NCBI GenBank assembly: GCA_963795085.1
Contig: CAWCFX010000004.1
Coordinates: 64,001 to 128,000 of the forward strand
Length of the DNA: 64,000 nucleotides
From: an uncultured Gemmatimonadales bacterium
GTDB taxonomy: Bacteria; Gemmatimonadota; Gemmatimonadetes; Gemmatimonadales; GWC2-71-9
Reading direction: 5' to 3'
Below the pieces are notes generated by a model. That model saw only the letters and a list, made by a program, of their open reading frames with translations. It was not told the origin of the DNA and did no database searches. Positions 58,278-64,000 of this stretch are shown here, piece by piece; positions within the stretch are counted from its first letter, which is position 1; the number at the start of each line of letters is the position of its first letter. Position numbers and translations under genes: made by a program.

Positions 58278-59464
58278 CCCTGGGCTCGTTTCCGGGGGGG
58301 GTCGAAAAACGGGGTCTTCACCACTGTCGCGTCCGCCAGTTTCCTGCGATGCTCGACCGTGACCTCCATCTGCACCGGGGTGCCGGCCCCGCCAAACGCC
58401 GATTCCACGTGGGCCAGCGCGATGTAGCGCTTGAGAATCGGGGACCAGCAACCTGACGACGCGTAGCCGACCTGTACCCCACCCGAATAGAGAGGGACGC
58501 TGGTCCGCCAGGCCACCGTCGGGAGCTTCGGCGGCAAACCCCGCTCGGCGTACAGGCGCTCCAGCGATTCCCAGTTGACGTCAATGCCCACGAACTGCCA
58601 TGCCGGGCCCCGGGCGCTTTCCGCCCGGAGCGCCTGCTGCCCGACGAACGGCGCCTTGTCGAGCTTCACGGTCCATCCCAGGTTCAGTTCGAACGGAGTC
58701 GACTTCTGGTCCTCGATCAGGGCATGACGCGCGGAGACGTAGTCCACCTCGATCATCAGGAGGCCGGCTTCGATCCGCGCCACATCGAGGCCAAGGATGC
58801 CGGACGGCACGATTCCGTACCGGCCGCCGACCTTCATCAGGGAGTCCCACAACGCCGCCCCCAGGGGGGCGTCCACCCAGATCTCGAAACCCAGGTCTCC
58901 AGTGTAGCCGGTGCGGGACACGGTGACCGGGATATCGCGAATCACCCCCCGGGTCAGCCGAAAGTACTTGAGCTGCGAGACGTCCACGCCCGCCGCCAGC
59001 AGAATGTCGCGCGACAGCGGCCCCTGCAGGCTGAGGGCGCCTACCCGGTCCGAGATATCGGTGATTGCCACGTCGAGGCCCACCGCGTTCTGGTGGAGCC
59101 AGCGCAGGTTGGGATCCGCCGATGTCAGTCGGAACACCTGCTCATCCAGCCGGCTCACCGTGCCGTCGTCGATGACCTTGCCATGGCTGTCGCACCAGGG
59201 CGAGTACGCCACCTGGTTGATCCGGAGCTTGGTCACGTCACGGGGCAGCGTCCGGTCCAGCAGGCGCTCAGCGTCCCGGCCTTCGATCAGGTACTTGTAA
59301 AGCGGCGACACGTCGATGAGGGCGGCCGAGTTCCGGATGGCCGCGTACTCCCGGTCGTGCAGGAGATCGTAGGAGCTGGCCACCACGTGGCCGGCCCAGC
59401 GGCGCCAGTTCTGCCCTTCCATCAGCGGGGCAGTGCGAGAATGGAACGGCGTGGTCTTGAGCAT
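58274..59464 (-). CDS. GcvT-like folate-binding aminomethyltransferase family protein
   Basis: EY.AIRN...IDVSPL, VIDDGTV, LSLQGP, SRTGYTGDLGFE, ARIEAG, PFFDP; no gcvH or gcvP nearby. Confidence 0.9.
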   Translation of the reverse strand: MLKTTPFHSRTAPLMEGQNWRRWAGHVVASSYDLLHDREYAAIRNSAALIDVSPLYKYLIEGRDAERLLDRTLPRDVTKLRINQVAYSPWCDSHGKVIDDGTVSRLDEQVFRLTSADPNLRWLHQNAVGLDVAITDISDRVGALSLQGPLSRDILLAAGVDVSQLKYFRLTRGVIRDIPVTVSRTGYTGDLGFEIWVDAPLGAALWDSLMKVGGRYGIVPSGILGLDVARIEAGLLMIEVDYVSARHALIEDQKSTPFELNLGWTVKLDKAPFVGQQALRAESARGPAWQFVGIDVNWESLERLYAERGLPPKLPTVAWRTSVPLYSGGVQVGYASSGCWSPILKRYIALAHVESAFGGAGTPVQMEVTVEHRRKLADATVVKTPFFDPPRKRAQG

Positions 59465-60258
59465 CAGCCTCTCGTGGATATCGCGGTGTCGTAGCCCAGC
59501 TGCCGTGAGATGGCCTCGCCAGCCTGTCGAAGGGAAGCCACCAGCAACCCGATCCGTTCCGGCGGGATCCGGACACTGGGCCCCCCGAGGCTGATCGCGG
59601 CTACCACTTCGCCATCGTGGTTGCGTACCGGCACCCCGATCGCCGTGTAGCCGTCCTCCAGTTCACCGACCGCGGTGGCGTAGCCCTGCTCCCGCACTTT
59701 CTTGAGCTCCTGACGGAGCGCAGTGATGCCGATAATCGTCCGCCGCGCCGGGCGGGCCAGCGGCAGCCGCAAACGCCCGCTTCGCTCGGATTCCGGGAGA
59801 GAAGCAAGCAGCACCTTCCCGGTGGACGTCGCATGGGCGGGCCAGCGAGTCCCGACCGACGGACTCGCGTGCAGCCACTTTCGGCTGTGGACTTCCTCGA
59901 CGATCAAAACATCGGCGTCCACCAGGACTTCGAGGGTGGCCGTCTCGGCCGACAAGCTCGCGAGTTGCGCCAGCGTATCCCGGCTGACCCGCCGCAAGTC
60001 ATTGGCGCGAAGCGCCCGCCCCCCGATCGAGATGGCCTCGGGTCCCAGCCGGTAGGCCTCGGTCTCCGGGTTGCGGGCAACCAGGCCTTCGTGGGCCAGC
60101 GCGGTCAGCAGGCGATAGGCCGTGGTCTTGTTCAGTCCCGACGCCCGGGCCATCTCGGTGAGTCCCCACTCCGGCTTCGCGTCGGTGAAGATCTTGAGAA
60201 GGGACAGCGCGCGGCGGACCGCCTGGGTCCCCGAATATGCATCGGGAGGTGGATTCAT
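59464..60258 (-). CDS. IclR-family transcriptional regulator
   Basis: RRALSLL, GL.KTTAYRLL..L, ATSTGKVLLA, VREQGYA, VVAAISLGGP. Confidence 0.92.
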   Translation of the reverse strand: MNPPPDAYSGTQAVRRALSLLKIFTDAKPEWGLTEMARASGLNKTTAYRLLTALAHEGLVARNPETEAYRLGPEAISIGGRALRANDLRRVSRDTLAQLASLSAETATLEVLVDADVLIVEEVHSRKWLHASPSVGTRWPAHATSTGKVLLASLPESERSGRLRLPLARPARRTIIGITALRQELKKVREQGYATAVGELEDGYTAIGVPVRNHDGEVVAAISLGGPSVRIPPERIGLLVASLRQAGEAISRQLGYDTAISTRG

Positions 60259-60267
60259 GAAATGCCA

Positions 60268-60312
60268 GTTCAGTATATGAACCACGTTACCGGGCAACGG
60301 CCTTCCTGTCAA
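60268..60312 (-). promoter_or_regulatory. Putative sigma70 promoter and IclR operator of the iclR/gcvT-like operon
   Basis: Minus strand TTGACA-N17-TAACGT; palindrome GTTCA-N5-TGAAC (60268-60282) lies over the predicted start site. Confidence 0.65.
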
Positions 60313-60327
60313 CGGTGACGGGAGAAG

Positions 60328-62013
60328 CTATCGGCCCTGGCCCCGGTAAACGACGCGGCCGCCCGCAATGGTCATCAACACCCGGGTACCTCCCACCGCC
60401 TCGGGAGCTACCATGAAGAGATCCCGCTCGAGGAGAACCAGATCGGCCAGCTTGCCGACCGACACCGATCCGGTGAGACTGTCCGCGAACCGGGCATGCG
60501 CTCCATTGATGGTGTAGGCCAGCAGTAGCGCCTGGAGACCAGCTCGCTCTTCCGGTATCCACGCCGTTCCCCGGCCTTCATCGAGTCCGCGCCGTGTCAT
60601 CGCCACCTGGATGGCCTCCAGCGGGTTCATGGTACTCACCGACCAGTCGCTGCCGGCCACCACCGTGGCGCCGCTCTGAATCATACTTTGGATCGGATAC
60701 AGCCAGCGCGACCGGGCCGGGCCCAGCACCGGAATGGTCAGTTCAGTTATATACGGATCGGCGGAGGCCCAGAAGGGCTGGAAATTGGCGATGACCCGAA
60801 GGGCCTTGAAACGGGGGATATCCCCCGGGTCGATCAGTTCCAGGTGCGCAATCTGGTGCCGGGAATCCCGGATCCCATTGACCGACCGGGCCCGAGCAAA
60901 GGCATCGAGGGCCATCCGGATGGCCCGGTCGCCGATGGCGTGAACATGGACCTGGATTCCGGCCCGGTCCAGGCGGGCCACCAGGTCGTCGAGTTCTTCC
61001 TGCGGCAGGGTGGGTTCCCCCCGTGAACCGGGCGAGCCAAGGTATGGCTCCAGCAGCGCGGCGGACCGGGCTTCGATCACCCCATCCAGAAAGATCTTGG
61101 CGCTGTTCGCGCTCAGCCGCTCGCCACGGAACCGGTCCCGCACTCGAACCAGCCCTTCCACATCGGGAGGCCCGGCGTCCAGGTCCAGTTGCTGGGCAAC
61201 CGTGATCCGGACCGGCAGGCGGCCCAGGGAATCCATGAGGCGATACGCGTCCAGCATGGCGGAGTCGCCGTTGGCGTCGATCAACGCGGTGATGCCGAAG
61301 CTCGAGGCAAGAGCAAAGGCTCGGTCGAACCCCTCGATGTAATCGTCGGTGGTGTACTCGGGAAGCAGGCGCTCCACCAGCCGCATCGCCGACTCGCGGA
61401 GTGCGCCGGTAGGCGCGCCGGTGGCATCACGCTCGATCCGTCCTCCTGGCGGGTCCCGGGTTTCGCGGCCCAGGCCGGCCAACTGTATCGCCTTCGAATT
61501 GATCCACGCGGAGTGGCCGTCGGCCGCGGTCAGAAAGACGGGGCGGTTCGCGACGGCCTGGTCCAGCAGCGTCGCCTTCGGATTGGCCGCGGGAAACATC
61601 GGCAGCGCCCATCCGGTACCCCGGACCCATGGTGCATCGGGCCTGGCTCGGGCGCATTCCCCAACCGTCGCCAGGGCCTGCTGGGGAGTAGAATCTCGGC
61701 TCAGATCGCATTCGCCGAGTTCAACTCCGGAATAGGGGTGCACATGGCTGTCGACAAAGCCCGGCAACAGCATCCTCCCCCGTCCGTCCACCACTTCCGT
61801 GGATGTCCCGATGTGCCGCCGAATCCCGCTGTCAGGGCCGGCGAACACGATCCGCCCGTCACGAATCGCCACTGAACCGGACGCGGTTCCCGGCGACGCA
61901 ACGGGATCGCCGCTGAAGATGGCCGCGTTTCGAATAACCAGGTCGGCCGCCGGCTCCGCTCCTGCGCCGCATCCGGTCAGAAGCAGCAGGGCGGCGAGCC
62001 GGCGGCGGTTCAT
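60328..62013 (-). CDS. Amidohydrolase-3 (YtcJ/NfdA-like) lipoprotein
   Basis: Lipobox LTGC; PGFVDSHVH, DGHSAW.NS, KIFLDG, HAIGD, HLE, GSDW, GKLADLV. Confidence 0.88.
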   Translation of the reverse strand: MNRRRLAALLLLTGCGAGAEPAADLVIRNAAIFSGDPVASPGTASGSVAIRDGRIVFAGPDSGIRRHIGTSTEVVDGRGRMLLPGFVDSHVHPYSGVELGECDLSRDSTPQQALATVGECARARPDAPWVRGTGWALPMFPAANPKATLLDQAVANRPVFLTAADGHSAWINSKAIQLAGLGRETRDPPGGRIERDATGAPTGALRESAMRLVERLLPEYTTDDYIEGFDRAFALASSFGITALIDANGDSAMLDAYRLMDSLGRLPVRITVAQQLDLDAGPPDVEGLVRVRDRFRGERLSANSAKIFLDGVIEARSAALLEPYLGSPGSRGEPTLPQEELDDLVARLDRAGIQVHVHAIGDRAIRMALDAFARARSVNGIRDSRHQIAHLELIDPGDIPRFKALRVIANFQPFWASADPYITELTIPVLGPARSRWLYPIQSMIQSGATVVAGSDWSVSTMNPLEAIQVAMTRRGLDEGRGTAWIPEERAGLQALLLAYTINGAHARFADSLTGSVSVGKLADLVLLERDLFMVAPEAVGGTRVLMTIAGGRVVYRGQGR

Positions 62014-63626
62014 CGCGTTCCGGCCCGGAATTTCCACTCCGGCAGGTCACTCAGCCAGGAATACGGATTAATGGTGACCGGCTCCAGTCTCCGGGTAACC
62101 GCGGCAATGTTGGTCGGCGCAAACAGGAAGACTGCCGGCACATCGGCATTCAACGTATCGAGTACGGCGCGGTAGAGTCGTCCTGCCTCCGCGGGCTGGA
62201 CGCTTCGGGAGGCAGCCGTCAGCAGAGAGTCCAGCGAAGGATTGTGGTAGTGGCCGTAGTTCAGGTCCGACCACCCCTGGCGACTCCACTGATCGGCCAG
62301 GCCCCGGGGACTGGGCTCGTCCAGCCATGCCCCGACGAACGCCTCGAAGTTTCCTGCCGCGATCCGCTGTTGCATGACCGGAAAATCCACAAGGGTCACG
62401 ACACCGGCGACGCCGGTGGCCTTCCATTGGGCCTGGACCGCCTCGGCTGCGCGGCGCCGGGCGGGACTCGTCGAGGGAACCAGGATCTCCAGCCGGAGCG
62501 GCCGCCCCGCGCGGGTGCGCATGCCGTCGGCCCCCCGGATCCAGCCGGCCGCATCGAAGGCCGCCGCCGCCGCCGCCGTGTCGTATGGCAGCGGCTTCAC
62601 ACTGCTGTCCCAGATCCAGAGCAACTGCGAGATCGGCCCCGGCGGGACCTTCGTCTCCGGCCCGAACACGGCGCGGGCGACGGTGGTCCGGTCAATCGAC
62701 TGCACCAGGGCTCGCCGGAGATTCCGGTTGGAGAGAATCGCATCCGAGGCGCGCGGACGGTCACCGGCCAACCGGAAGCCGATCAGGCCGTAGGAGGCCG
62801 AGGGGTAGGGCACCAGCCGGAAGGCCGAGTCGTGGGCCAGTTGTTCGGCACCGGCCAGGGCGGCCGTCTCCAGCAGGTCGGCTTCGTGGCTCAGGAGCAG
62901 GTTGGCGGCGGCCTCCGGATCGCCGGCGAACCGCCACGCCACGCGGCGGATGTCTGGCGGGAGCGCCACGGTCGTGTCCGCGATCAAGGTCAGGGACTGG
63001 CCCCGCTGCCAACTGGCAAAACGGTAGGGACCGCTGCCTATCAGGCGCCCGCCAGTCGTATCGTCAGCCCAGGCAGCACGGGGACCTGCCTGCTCCCACA
63101 CGTGCCGGGGAATGATCCGCACGTGGTAAGTGGCGTCATACAGCTGTTCAGCATAGGGATGCGTGAAGCGCACCAGCACCGTGGCACTGTCCGCCGCCTC
63201 TACCGAGGCGATACTCGCCAACTGGGATCGGGGCGCCGCATCGAGGACCGAGTCGCGGAACACGTCAAAGGAGTAGACCACGTCGCTGGCAGTCACCGGC
63301 TGGCCGTCATGCCACCGGGCGCCGGAGCGCAGGGTAAACCGCCAGGTGAGCGAATCCACCCGTGCCCACTTGGTCGCCAGACCTGGGGCATAAGCCGTTT
63401 CGTCCATGGTAGGCCGGCGCGGAAGCAGATCAGCGAGCCGTTCGTAAATCAAATCTCCCACATCGCGCCCCACCGACTCGTACGTCAGCGGCGGGAAGAT
63501 GCTGGATGGTTCCCCGACTGCGGCGACCACCAGGGTTCCGCAGGTGGCACAGGAAGGCGTTCGGTCGCAGCCGGCCAAGAACAGGAGGATCCCCGGCAAG
63601 GCCAGGCTAATACGGAAAGTGCGCAT
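62010..63626 (-). CDS. Peptide ABC transporter substrate-binding lipoprotein (family 5)
   Basis: Lipobox LAGC; WHDGQPVTASDV.YS, IGSGPY, RRAL..IDR. Confidence 0.9.
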   Translation of the reverse strand: MRTFRISLALPGILLFLAGCDRTPSCATCGTLVVAAVGEPSSIFPPLTYESVGRDVGDLIYERLADLLPRRPTMDETAYAPGLATKWARVDSLTWRFTLRSGARWHDGQPVTASDVVYSFDVFRDSVLDAAPRSQLASIASVEAADSATVLVRFTHPYAEQLYDATYHVRIIPRHVWEQAGPRAAWADDTTGGRLIGSGPYRFASWQRGQSLTLIADTTVALPPDIRRVAWRFAGDPEAAANLLLSHEADLLETAALAGAEQLAHDSAFRLVPYPSASYGLIGFRLAGDRPRASDAILSNRNLRRALVQSIDRTTVARAVFGPETKVPPGPISQLLWIWDSSVKPLPYDTAAAAAAFDAAGWIRGADGMRTRAGRPLRLEILVPSTSPARRRAAEAVQAQWKATGVAGVVTLVDFPVMQQRIAAGNFEAFVGAWLDEPSPRGLADQWSRQGWSDLNYGHYHNPSLDSLLTAASRSVQPAEAGRLYRAVLDTLNADVPAVFLFAPTNIAAVTRRLEPVTINPYSWLSDLPEWKFRAGTR

Positions 63627-63820
63627 GGATTGTATGGATAAGGAGGGAATAAGGACCGGTCGCACATCATCTCACTTTTTCGGAGGAATCTCAAGCTCGC
63701 CCTGTTAGTATCACTATATTACGACGATGTAACAAACTGATCCGGTTACAGGGAAGCCGCCGGCGTGGATACCATTCGTAAGCGCATATACTAAAAGAAG
63801 ATAGCTCAACTATCCTGGAT

Positions 63821-63836
63821 GGGCACCGGGATTGCC
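63821..63836 (+). promoter_or_regulatory. Putative sigma54 (-24/-12) promoter
   Basis: GGGCAC-CGGGA-TTGC with exact GG-N10-GC spacing; upstream palindrome TGTAAC-N11-GTTACA at 63728-63750. Confidence 0.5.
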
Positions 63837-63885
63837 ATTGCGGGGGACGGAAAGCCGTTGAACCCCTCGAGTAAGGATGGATCCC

Positions 63886-64000
63886 ATGACATACCCGACT
63901 TTGCATTTCCTCGGCGCCCTGGCCCTGGCTGGTAGCCTGGTCGCCTGTGACTCCGCCTCCCCAATAGGCGGCGGCGGCCAGTTGAGCCTCAATGTCTCCA
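63886..64000 (+). CDS. N-terminus of a lipoprotein (partial, runs off the window edge)
   Basis: MTYPTLHFLGALALAGSLVAC lipobox, preceded by an AGGA/GGA RBS. Confidence 0.65.
   Translation, partial: MTYPTLHFLGALALAGSLVACDSASPIGGGGQLSLNVS

Noticed and set aside
58274..59464. Glycine cleavage system T protein (gcvT proper)
   Set aside because: No gcvH or gcvP adjacent, and the N-terminus fits the stand-alone GcvT-like demethylase group.

Overview
A GC-rich bacterial chromosomal window, most consistent with Gemmatimonadota (inferred from the SusC/SusD pair, the D(S/T)-rich secreted proteins and the degenerate 7-9 bp intergenic repeats). I found no rRNA, tRNA, CRISPR array or transposase. The left half is mostly housekeeping and metabolic genes: a selenocysteine-containing SelD with an in-frame UGA and SECIS-like hairpin, rnhA, thiolase, 3-hydroxybutyryl-CoA dehydrogenase, thyA-folA, two tandem Ddl-like ATP-grasp ligases plus a GNAT, and qor. 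It also holds an uncharacterised envelope operon (DUF4956 membrane protein, YjiK-like propeller lipoprotein, metallophosphoesterase lipoprotein, and an Omp85-type barrel with an N-terminal atypical kinase domain). The right half (about 30-64 kb) is an amino-acid/peptide utilisation region with SusC/SusD, secreted peptidases and amidohydrolases, an APC permease and an ABC peptide-binding protein. Best candidate for an undescribed system: a GntR-associated cluster of lysine 2,3-aminomutase, two class-III aminotransferases, a P5C-dehydrogenase-like ALDH and a CatIJ/PcaIJ-type 3-oxoadipate CoA-transferase. By inference it encodes the route Lys -> beta-Lys -> 3-aminoadipate -> 3-oxoadipate. Next to it is an IclR / GcvT-like / 2x PYROXD2-like / Rieske operon that may demethylate N-methylated amines or lysines. 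Two genes (a rhodanese and the Rieske oxygenase) have single-base frameshifts at or near short homopolymers, possibly sequencing errors. All functional calls come from motif recognition by eye, not database searches.
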